A stretch of DNA of 62,000 nt. Origin: Octopus vulgaris. Taxonomy: Eukaryota. Made by a program: the position numbers and the translations under genes. Positions 50,902 to 62,000 of this stretch are shown piece after piece (positions within the stretch are counted from its first letter, which is position 1; every line of letters starts with the position of its first letter). The stretch is taken from the NCBI GenBank assembly GCA_951406725.2, contig OX597814.1:169218001-169280000 (forward strand), given 5' to 3'. Below the pieces are notes generated by a model that saw nothing but the letters and a program-made list of their open reading frames with translations, had not been told where the DNA came from and did no database searches.

Positions 50902-51064
50902 ATTATAATTTTAATAATAATTATTACCTTTGAAGGTTTTTATTTCCATGCTGGCTACTTGATAAGATCATTATTTAACTTAAATTAACGATCTTAGAAA
51001 ATAGGTTTCAAAGAAGAAAGACCACACGTAGTATAAATAGGGGAAAAGTAAAAAGGATGCAAAG

Positions 51065-51392
51065 AAAATGCACATTAGGTACAAAAAAATAAAGGCATTT
51101 TTAAGAAAAGCAAAGATATATGCATACTATTAGATGATTTGAAGTGGAATTTTGAAATATAAAAATCATAATTATGAATCGTTATAAAGATTCAAAGTCA
51201 TATCTGTCATATCTTTCATTTGAAAGTCAGTGATCAGCTCTGACGATACCAAAATGACTTTGAATCTCTATAATGATTCATAATAAGGATTTTTATACTT
51301 CATAATTCCACCTCAAATCATCTAATTGTATGTATATATATCTTTGCTTTTCTTAAAAAAGGCCTTTATTTTTTATATCTAATGTGCATTTT
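51065..51392. mobile_element. Imperfect fold-back (about 138-bp arms) with hammerhead relics in the spacer
   Basis: Arms 51065-51202 / 51254-51392. CTGACGA lies at 51240, and the minus strand has GAAAGATATGACAGA near 51203-51217. Confidence 0.7.
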
Positions 51393-51489
51393 TTGTTTTA
51401 TTTTTATTTTTCCCCTACATATATATAATATAAACCATTGGTCACTCATTGGCTGGACATAAACTTAATTACTTATATATATATATGAT

Positions 51490-51830
51490 CATGGTGATAT
51501 ATATATATATCACTGTGATCACCGTGACCGACCAGGCTATCAGATGTTGCTACACATCGCTGGTCACAATGCGCTTCGCATTGTTTTAGCCTACAAATGA
51601 CGCCACCCTGCTGGCTAAGTGAGAAGGCCAACAGAAGAAAGAGCGAGGGAAAGTTGCGGCGAAAGAGTACAGCAGGGATTGCCACCCCACCCCCTGCCGG
51701 AGCCTCGTGGATCTTTAGGTGTTTTCGCTCAATAAACACTCACACTGCCTGGTCTGGGAATCGAAACCGCGAGTCCGCTGCCCTAATTGCTGGGCCATTG
51801 CACTTCCACAAGCAGTAAAGGGTACAAGAA
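51490..51830 (-). mobile_element. SINE with family D head and RTE-derived tail
   Basis: The head matches 23863/31691 (GAGCGAAA.CACCTAA..TCCACG). The tail GAAGCGCATTGTGACCAGC matches 176-194. Confidence 0.8.
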
Positions 51831-52406
51831 TCCGGGCATTTCTAGGAAAGTTCTTCATTAGAGAGAGAATAATTTTTTTATGTTAATGGTGCTACTAAGA
51901 ACACAAGAATGATGCTCTCTTAATTGTTTCTAATTTTTCACCTCCTTGCTTAGCATGGCTTAGAATAAGTTTTCATAGCTTCTTTTGTAATTTTAATTTA
52001 TCCATCACATTTGAAAAGGAATAAAATCTATCTGTCACAAGGGGTGTGGTGTTTCATGGGAAAGGTGTTGAAAAGGACATTCATCATTGATAAGGACCAA
52101 AGCTGTGACAGATGAACTTTGACAAACTAATTAATCAATTAGTTAATTAGCAATTATTTAATTAATTGATAATAAAGCTGAAATAAAATACAACTAATGA
52201 ATGCATTTTAATTGATAGCTTAACCTCCACCATAAAGTGCAACAATATTCGTTTCAGTGCTGGAATTCACATTCAGAATCTTCTAAAATAGATAATCGTT
52301 ATTGGCCCAACCATACAGAAAATATATTCCTTAATACTATCTTTGCAATAAATGTTTTCTGCTATAATTGCTGAAATAACTGAAATAATATTTTTTTGAA
52401 TAATGA

Positions 52407-52467
<61 letters not shown>

Positions 52468-54378
52468 GTGTGTGTATATATATATATATATATACATATA
52501 TACATATTCCGTGATTGTTACCTACATCACCTCACTGGCACTTGTGCTGGTGGCACGTGAAAAAACATTCAAATGAGGTCGTTGCCAGTGCCGCTGGACT
52601 GGCTCCTGTGCAGGTGGCACATAAAAAGCACTATTTGACCGTGGCCACTGCCAGTACTGCCTGACTGGCCCTCATGCCGTGCCGGTGGCACGTAAAAGCA
52701 CCCACTACACTCTCGGAGTGGTTGGTGTTAGGAAGGGCATCCAGCCGTAGGAACTCTGCCAGATCAGATTGGAGTCTAGTGCAGCCATCTGGTTTGCCAG
52801 GCTTCAGTCAAATCATCCAACCCATGCTAGTATGGAAAACAGACGTTAAACAATGATGATGATATATATATATATATATATATATATAGGCGAGTTAAAT
52901 TAGAGGTTATAAAAACCGTCTAAGGGATACTTGTATCCAATGAATTAACTGGTGTTTTACCTAAAGGTTTTCAGAGGGATAGCATGTAACATATTGGAAT
53001 ATCCTTACTTTTTTTCTTTCTTTTTCTTTACTTTTCTGCTCTGATGAACTTCCACTATTTAAGTTGGCTTAATTAATTATTTACAATAATAATAATTATT
53101 ATTATTGTAGTAATTAGGCCTGATTATGCCCTAAATAGCCTCAACAAAAACAGCTGTTAGATGAGATAATGTGTCTTTTTTATAATCAATAAATAATAAT
53201 TGATGTTTGTCAATTATCAATTTTATCTCCACTTTCTTATTTTCCTTATGTGTGTGTATGTGTGTGTATTACTTATTTAGGACTAAATCAGCAAATGTGG
53301 ATAATTTGAAGGAATTTAGGTACTAGTTCTTGCAGATCAGGTGATCATATAAAAGCTTTTCCATTGGCTTCTATGAATTACACCCACCATTTTAAAAAGG
53401 TAGGAAGGACATCTTGGATATTGTCGTGCCAGTAGATACACTGTATTTGAAATTAAAAAGATTGGAAAATTATACCTGAAAAATCTTTAATCATTGGACA
53501 ATATAATGATAGATGGAAAGTCTTTTACCATTCTTTCATACTGTGTTCAGTGCCTGCAAGGAGTCTTTACACTGTTATTTGATATTCAAGAAATAACTAC
53601 CAAATCTCTCTTCAACCAGAAAGCTGAAGTTGTATCTTATTGGCACACTGGTTTTCTCCCCATTTTCTTAGTGCCGTTGTAGTAACCAACTGCAAAGGCA
53701 GCATGACTTCCAGTGTCTGAACACTGGATTAGGAAATTATAAACTGCCTCAAGAAAGCCATGTGTAACCTTTGGAAGACACACAAAAATTTTTTTCAAGT
53801 AACTATTTCTCCCTCCATTCCAAGATCCTTGTCTATCAGACAAGTCTATGCTTCTATTTCTTTGTATTGGTGCAAAACACGAATCATACTCTACAGCTGG
53901 ATGCCCTTCATAATACTAGTGCTATACAGTGTGTACTAGGTGCTGTTTTTCATGCCTCTGGCACTAGCATGGTGAACAAGTAACTTGCAAGAGAGGAAGA
54001 GAACAAAGGAAAAGAAAAGCCCACTTTACAAAGTGATTGACTATTTGAGAAAGGGGAGGTAGCTTTATGCAAAGTATTGGGAGGTAAAAGTATGAGAGAT
54101 GGACGAGCATGCATATCTTACTCTAGAGGAGATGCGTGACGACTCCACATTATATAAAGGTGGGTAAGAGGAGCTGTGAAGAAGTAATGATGGGGTGCTG
54201 GAAAAAAAAAAAAAACTTTAAGGAGCAAGGAAAGTGAAGCTTCTTGAAGTATAACTTTCAGTCGCACATTACTGATTATTCAAATGATTGAATAAATTAA
54301 ATGGTATTTTGAAATTAAGAAACTCAAGAGCTATAATTCAAGAAGGTTCAGCTTATACATGTGTGTGCACACACGTGT

Positions 54379-54418
<40 letters not shown>

Positions 54419-54755
54419 TCATGCGTGTGTGTATGTGCGTTCATGTGTGTGTGTGTATGTAAATACACACACACGTACAGACAGACAGATACACACACAC
54501 TGATATATATATATATATATATATATGTAATCTTTTATCACAGCATATTCCATAATGGATTCACAGCATCATGCATAATGAACAGCATAATTAATCACCA
54601 CTGCTGCTGTTCTTGCTTATGTTCAATATATTGATCTTCCCTAGTGGTTTGCTATTATTCCTGGTGAACAAACTTACGAACTATCTATCTACCTTGTGTG
54701 CATGTCTCTCTGTTTGTTGGTTTACCTGCCTCTCTGTATGTCTGTCCATTCATCC

Positions 54756-54845
<90 letters not shown>

Positions 54846-54857
54846 TTATCTATCTAC

Positions 54858-54914
<57 letters not shown>

Positions 54915-54916
54915 CA

Positions 54917-54947
<31 letters not shown>

Positions 54948-55098
54948 CTGGACAGACAGACGCAAGTCAAATGGGCTCCAAGTAAGTTGGTCATTTTGTA
55001 CGTTCAAAAGTGTTTATTGTTAAATATTTTGTGTTTAAAAGTTGTGCAACAACATCCACTGCAAACCTTGACTAATATCTACACAAAATTTCGCAAAA

Positions 55099-57126
55099 AT
55101 GGCTACTGGTCACCACGAGGCTGAGGCGCAACTGAAGCGTGACGCCAAAACAAAAAAGCAAGATTTCCTGTCACCATGCGCTGAACTTGACTGTGTAAAC
55201 ACTACTTACTCCAACACCACCACCATCAGCATCGACAACAGCAACAAATACAAAACAAAGGTCGTAAGACCAAGCACCGTCACCGCCACCAGTGATTCCA
55301 CCATCAACACCAACACCACCACCATGGCAGCATCTGCTACTACAACTGCTATCTCTGCTAACGACACCACTACCAGCAACAATAACAATACCAACATCAC
55401 CATCACCGCCACCAAAGACCGTGCCGTCAATGCCTCCCTTGCTACTAATACCTATTTCTTTATTACCCACAAGGGGCTAAACATAGAGGGGACAAGCAAG
55501 GACAGGCATAGGTATTAAGTCGATTACATCGACCCCAGTGCATAACTGGTACTTAATTTATCGACCCCGAAAGGATGAAAGGCAAAGTCAACCTCGGCGG
55601 AATTTGAACTCACAACGTAACGACAGACCTAATACCACCGCCGTCACCAAGAACGACAATAACAACAACAACAATTCCCTTCAGCCACTGTTCACTCCAT
55701 CACCAACAAGTGAAGGTGAGAAAAAAATAACAGCGACAATCAAACGAGGTGCCGAAATTTGCGCTAATGCAGGACCAAATTACGCAGACAATTTTCCACC
55801 CCTTGCCAGTTGCATAATCAGCAACCACAAACCTAATATACCCACAACCCACACCCCTGCCACCAACACCAACACCACCGGCAGTAACAACAATAACAAA
55901 ACAACAACAAACTTCGCCGAGGCGATAAAAGAAAAAATAACAAGAGTACCGTTTACTGCACAGCAAATAAAAGACTGCAGAGCCCTAATCACCAAAGAAA
56001 ACGGCAAAATACAATTACACATACCACAACACATACTGAATGAGGAAAAAAAGAGAACAATTGTATATAAAATAACAAACAACACAACTAAAAGTCCAGA
56101 AAAAGCAAGCACGGACAAAATAGAAAAGTGCCTACGCCCCATCTGGGGACACAAGGAGTATGTGACTTGGTCGAACAAGTTCGCCCACGTACAGGTGGTT
56201 TTTTCAGAATGAAGAGTTGGCAAAGCAATTCCCAACGCTAACTCTTCATTCAGATGAGCTAACAATGACACCCAGTTACCTTGGCCAGAAGGTGACAAAG
56301 GTCATTATCAATAATGTCCCGCAAATAACAACCACACTATGGATAACATCCGCCATAACATCCGAAATGGAGGACATTAACATCCTGGATATCACTGTTT
56401 CGAAACACAAGGACTGGGTGGGAAAGAGAATGGAGATTCTCTTCCACATAAGCCAAGACGACATTAACAAAATTCCCACCCACGTACATCTTGCGAATGA
56501 CCGCAAGTTGTATGTAGTAGTCGAGGGCAGAAGGCCACGCTGCTATACATGTGGCAGTGAGGCACACCTCAAAAAGGAGTGCAAATCTGCCGCGAAACAA
56601 CAACAACAACAGCCACAGGAAAAACCACAAAAGCCAGCATTATTGTCCACACCACAATATGGACGGCTAATCAAGAAGCTGTATGCAGAAATGCATGAAA
56701 AACAACAAAGAACGGACCAACCCAACCAAACAACACCACCACCTGCGCCAAGAACAGAATCATCACCACTAACAACAACTAAACCAATTCCAACACCGAG
56801 AACAACAACGAAGAAGACAAGCACCAAGGATGTAGGAGAGAAATCACCACACCAAACCCCCCAGCAACACACCCCACACCACAACAATATCTACAACCGC
56901 ACAAACAGACCCAGATGCTTTACCCTTACCCCCGGCTAATTCGTCAGGCTTTTCATCTAACGATGAAAGTTCGACAGAATGGCAAATAGCCACCGGGGGT
57001 AAAAGAAAAGATTAAAAAAAAAACAAACAAGAAAACGCAACCAAAGCAGGGAGATACCTGAACCCTGAAAGCTCCATACACAACCAAACAGGAACGAGGA
57101 AGCCAAAACTTTCGACACAAGTAAGT
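55099..57126 (+). pseudogene. Disrupted gag-like ORF1 of LINE copy 1
   Basis: ORFs 55099, 55538 and 56217 join up once the SINE and frameshifts are removed. It carries the zinc knuckle CYTCGSEAHLKKEC (C-X2-C-X4-H-X4-C). Confidence 0.8.
55453..55628 (-). mobile_element. 5'-truncated SINE family B inside ORF1
   Basis: 8-bp TSD CTAATACC at 55445 and 55629. Confidence 0.85.
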
Positions 57127-57173
57127 AACTCTCTGTACTTTCCTTTCTGTGTTTTAAAGCACACAATAGAATC

Positions 57174-58089
57174 ATGGTCAAGATTGGTTGTGTGAATGCG
57201 CGTGGCTTGGGGTCTCCTTGGAAACAAGGATACCTCCTAAATGACATGAAGTCACACGATTTGGGAATCAGCCATAAGTGAGACCAGACTCCACGAGCCA
57301 CGGGCCCTAAAGTCCATGTTTGGCGGACAGTTTAACATTTATTTTGCTCCCTGTCTGCCGAGGATGGGCGGTAGTGGCACCGCGGTACTTTTTCACTAGA
57401 GCCTGGATCTCGAAGTCAAGAAGATATTCGTAGACCCGGAGGGTAGACTGGTCGTTCTGGATGTCAACGGTAGCAGTGGGTGTGCTTTTCGACTCGTATC
57501 AGTCTACGCACCGCCTTTAACAGGTCGGCCGGATTTCTTTCAACGTCTAGAAGTATTCCTGGGAACGTCTCGTCCTTTACTTTTAGTGGGGGATTGGAAT
57601 GCTACCTTGGACACGCATCTAGACTATGTGGTGAGAGACAAAAACAGAAGGGGATGCAAATGCTTCAGAGACCTGCTCAGACAATTCCAACTGTCTGACA
57701 GGTACCGACTCGACCACCCAAATGCACCAACGTGGACATGGAGTAACCGCAGTGGGTCGTCGAGATCGTATCTAGATAGGATACTGTGTAGGACAGTAGA
57801 CAAGGATAACTTAGGATGTCCACAATTCCACACAGTCAGCTACACAGATCACAAATTCGTGACATGTACGCTAGACTTAGATAAGGCACATAGACAGGGT
57901 CCTGGTTACTGGAAACTGAACGTATCATTCCCGTCCAGACAAGATTTCAGAGACAGAATCAACACGTTTGTAAAAAGGGCTTTAACGGGAGCCATTGTCA
58001 ACAACAAATGGTGGTTCGCCCTCAAGAGAGCAGTAAAAGCGGAAGCAATTAGATATAGCAAGGCGCTAGCCGTAGATAGAAATAGAGTA
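57174..58089 (+). pseudogene. Frameshifted ORF2 apurinic endonuclease domain, copy 1
   Basis: MVKIGCVNARGL, SETR, LVSVYAP, VGDWNATLD, WTW...SYLDRIL, DHK and GPGYWKLN are L1/Tx1 APE motifs. Confidence 0.88.
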
Positions 58090-58614
58090 TCACTTGAAGA
58101 GGAAAGTGAGAGTAGAGAGGTAAGTTTTGTCTAGTGAATGTTTTAAAAAAAGATGGGTGAATGTAGCAAGGATGGCGCGTATGAATGACGAAGCCACCTT
58201 GACTATGATTCTATGAACCGTAAAAATTAATACAGAGAGTTGCTTATTTGCAAAAAAAAAAATAAAAGAAAGTAATATAACATGTGACTTCATTGACCGA
58301 GGTTACCGTGGTCTTTTCCGTAGGCTTTTCTTTCCACGGGTAAACCTCACCTGTCCTCCCCTTTGCACTTCATATTGACATTTCTGTGATAACGATCCCT
58401 ATTGATCAATTCCCCCCCTTTTTTTTTAAATTTTATTTTATCTCCCCCTTTTTTTGTCCTCTTTCTTTCCATTTACGATCTCTTTTGATCGAAAATCAAA
58501 CCCCCTTCTTTTACTCCCAAAAGAAAAGCTCTACCTTGTAATTTTGTTCTGTCTGTGTGCAGCCCTGTGTGGCTAATAAAGAAACATATCTATCTATCTA
58601 CATATGTATGTATG

Positions 58615-58665
<51 letters not shown>

Positions 58666-58677
58666 ATCTACCTATCT

Positions 58678-61600
58678 CGACATGGACGGACGCTAGTAAA
58701 ATCGGCTCCACGTAAGTTGGCCACTTTTACATGTTTAAAACTCCTTGTTGTCAAATATTTTGTTTTAATCGTTGTGCAAGTTAATTCACTAAAAAAACTG
58801 AGAATTATTCACGTAGAATTCCGCCCCTGTATGGGCGAAATTACCAAAAACTTTCAAAACTTTCGTGGGTTCCTTTTAGCCATTTTTCATTTTGAAAATG
58901 GCAACTAGAAACCACGTGGCTAGCCCGCCAGCCATGCGGAACGGTAGCGAAACACTATTGCTACCACTAGCTGCTAAACCTCGCAGCTTGAACACCGCTG
59001 TCACCACCACCAACCAACAACAACAACAAAACTAACGTCGCAAGACCATTCACCATCGCCGCGACCAAAGACATTAACTTAGATTTCCCCCCACTCCCTA
59101 CACTACTTGTCGATGATAAAAGGATGGAGAAAGGGATTTCAAAGACGAATACAGACGAAAACATGAATGCCAGCACCACCACCACACCACCAACAACAAC
59201 AACAACGAAATCAACACAAAGCCGCCTACCAAAGACAACACCGCCAACACCAACACCACTACCATGACTTCAACTGCTACAACTAACCCTTCTGCTGCTA
59301 ACACCGCTAAAATTAAAACGAATTTCGCGGATGCGACAAAATAAAAACGAACAATCGTAAAATTCACCACACAGGAAATAAACCTCACAAAAGCACTCTT
59401 CACCAAAGAAGGAGATAAATTGCATCTTCACATTCCACAGCACATCGTGGAAAACACACAAAAAATACAATAATCTACAAAGTAATAAACAAGAAAACAA
59501 GACGACCAGAAAATGCACCGCAGGAAAAAATTGAAAAATGCCTTCGTCCTGCATGGGACTCCAAGGAGTATATCAGTTGGGGAAATAAATTTGGTACAGT
59601 CCAAGTACGTTTCCTCAACGAAAATTTAGCAAAACGATTTTCCACATTGGAGCTGCATTCAGACGACTTGGTAATGATACCAATCTATTTAAACCAGAGA
59701 GTGACGAAAGTCCAAATAAAAAATGTACCCCCTGAAGTCGAAACACAATGGTTAGTCTCTGCCATCTGCTTTGAAATGGCAGAGACAAACATCCTTGAAA
59801 TCGCTGTTCTAGGACAGAAAGACTATGTGGGAAAATCAATCCAATTCCTTCTTCAATTGGATGAAACAGCAAGAGAAAAAATACCCACACTATAGAACTG
59901 CCAGGAGGCTACAAACTTTATGTAGTGGTAGAGGGCAGGCGACCACGTTGCTATTTGTGTGGAAGCGAAACACACTTGAAAAAGACGTGCCCAACCACTG
60001 CACACCAAGAGCAACAACAACAACCACTACCACAACCAAAACACTCCGGAAAAAAGCTCTACTACCCACACCACCATCAACACAGAAGACGACAAGAGAA
60101 GCACACCAAGCTAATCCGTCAACAACCAAAAATTACTCAACACCTGAGAAAATACCAACACCACCAACAACAGCAAGAACCAAAGGAACAGAAAAACAAA
60201 GAAAATACACAAAAACTGATTCCCCATCCCTTATACCGCACTCACCACACACAAACACTCAACAAACAACAGCACAACCACTTACACAGACATACATAGA
60301 AGCCTACAACATACCCCTACCCACTACTGATTCCTCAGAAAATTCGTCGGAAGACGAAACCAGTGAGGAATGGCAAATAGCTAGAAAAAGAAGGAAAATA
60401 AAGATCAGAAACACAACCAAACCAAATGCAAACACTAACAAAGCAGGGGGAAATACATCTCCCGAAGACATTTCAAAACCCAACACAAACAACAGCCACA
60501 CCAACACCACAAAAATATATACAGCAAACATGCTCACAGCTATAGACACCAAAAACACAAATTTGATGGAATACATCCAAAAAAAACAAACATAACAGAA
60601 GATGACATAAAAGCAAACAATCACCCATACACAACACCACCAGACCACATCAAAATATTACACATCTCCAAAAGTCTGCACCACACACTCAAAGGCATTT
60701 TCCCCAGTGCGGTTGGTAAATGCCAAAAATATCTCACAAAGAAACTGTACTGGGATCTCCTCGAGGACAAACCAAAGGAGGAGAAAGCAAAACCTTTCGA
60801 GCAGTAAGTAACCCTCTGTTCCTTTCACTTGTATTCTAATTCATTAGGATTATGATCAAGATTGGTTGTGTAAATGCGCGTGGCTTGGGGTCCCCTTGGA
60901 AACAAGGGTACCTCTTAAATGACATAAAGTCACATAAGTTAGAAATCATAGCCATAAGTGAGACCAGACTCCACAATCCACGGGCCCTAAAGACCATGTT
61001 TGGCGGACAGTTCAACATTTATTTTCCCCCTGTCTGCCGAGAATGGGCGGTAGTGGCACCGCGGTACTTTTTCGCAAGAGTCTGGATCTCAAAGTAAAGA
61101 CAATATTCATAGACAATATCCAGGACGACCAGTCTACCCTCCGGAGGGTAGACTGGATGTCGACAGCAGCAATGGGTGCATTTTCGACTCGTATCAGTCT
61201 ATGCACCGCCCTTAACAGGTCAGGCAGATTTCTTTCAACGTCTAGAAATATTCTTGGGAACATCTCGTCCTTTACTCTTAGTGGGGGATTGGAATGCTAC
61301 CTTGGACACGCATGTAGACTACGTGGGTAGAGATAGGAATAGACGGGGATGCAAATGCCTCAGAGACCTGCTCAGACGCTTTCAACTGTCTGACAGGTTC
61401 CGACTAGACCACCTGAATGCGCCAACGTGGACATGGAGCAACCGCATTGGGTCGTCGAGATTGTATCTAGATAGGATACTGTGTAGGACAGTAGATAGAG
61501 ATAGCATAGGATGTCCACAATTCCACATAGTCAGCTGCACGGATCACAAACTTGTGACATGTACGCTAGACTTAGATAAGACACTTAGGCAGGGTTCCGG

Positions 61601-62000
61601 ATACTGGAAACTAAACGCGTCTTTCCCATCGAGACAGGTTTTCAGAGACCGGATTAGCACACTAATAAAGAGGGCTTTGAGGGGAGCCATTGTCAACAAC
61701 AAATGGTGGTTTGCCCTCAAGAGAGCAGTAAACGCAGAAGCAATTAGGTACAGCAAAGCACTAGCCATAGATAGAAATAGAGTAGAGGGTGAGCTAGTTA
61801 AGAAGCTAGAAGAGGCAATTAGAAGCGGCATCACATTCGACGTTTTGGTGGCGAGGTTTGCCCTCGACCAACACTTCAACGCCAAACACGAAGGGTGTGC
61901 TGTCAGGGCTAGGATGCGTGCTCTAAGGAACGAAGGTGTTGGAGCCGCGAGAGAGGCCCGGGTGGCAGAGGCGCAACAGGGCAACAAAGCCACCATTCGG
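58678..62000 (+). mobile_element. Tx1/L1-clade LINE copy 2 (runs off the window end)
   Basis: The 5' UTR is homologous to copy 1. ORF1 starts at 58898 (MATRNH) and has CYLCGSETHLKKTC. ORF2 starts at 60852 (MIKIGCVNARGL) with APE motifs and frameshifts, and continues past the copy 1 deletion point. Confidence 0.9.

Larger units (their letters stand above)
54948..58585 (+). mobile_element. Tx1/L1-clade LINE copy 1, internally deleted (lacks RT)
   Basis: In order: 5' UTR, ORF1 with CCHC knuckle, APE domain, a jump at 58089 to an ORF2-like C-terminus, then a 3' UTR with AATAAA at 58575. (TATC)n lies on both sides. Confidence 0.88.

Noticed and set aside
49335-51392. Classical DNA-transposon MITEs
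   Set aside because: There are no recognisable superfamily TIR ends or fixed TSDs; embedded hammerhead motifs and one-sided tails fit inverted pseudo-LTRs better. This remains an inference.
53400-53870. Host gene exon in non-repetitive-looking DNA (also 1600-1860, 5600-6050, 13300-14100, 31200-31660, 44400-44600)
   Set aside because: No recognisable domain, long ORF or convincing splice pair; a homology search or RNA-seq would be needed.

Overview
AT-rich eukaryotic genomic DNA, dense in microsatellites. The tRNA-headed SINE families look like those of Octopus (recalled from memory, not database-checked). I found no supportable host protein-coding exon; nearly all listed ORFs are microsatellite, SINE or decayed transposon artefacts. 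The window is a layered transposon landscape. It has several SINE families, RTE, R4/Dong and Tx1-like LINE remnants, hAT, mariner, maT, pogo and piggyBac-like DNA elements, a 36-bp minisatellite and a lone 28S rRNA fragment. The main signal is a set of short non-coding elements from unrelated sequence families that carry type I hammerhead ribozyme motifs (CUGANGA...GAAA, palindromic stem III). Several are long fold-backs (arms of 123-320 bp) with a one-sided 3' tail, and related asymmetric fold-backs have 8-14 bp target duplications. This matches non-autonomous Penelope-like (inverted pseudo-LTR) retroelements. Four fold-backs cluster at 49.3-51.4 kb. One hammerhead element lies just downstream of the 28S fragment on the same strand. 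Two diverged Tx1-like LINEs sit in tandem inside one (TATC)n array, which suggests target specificity.
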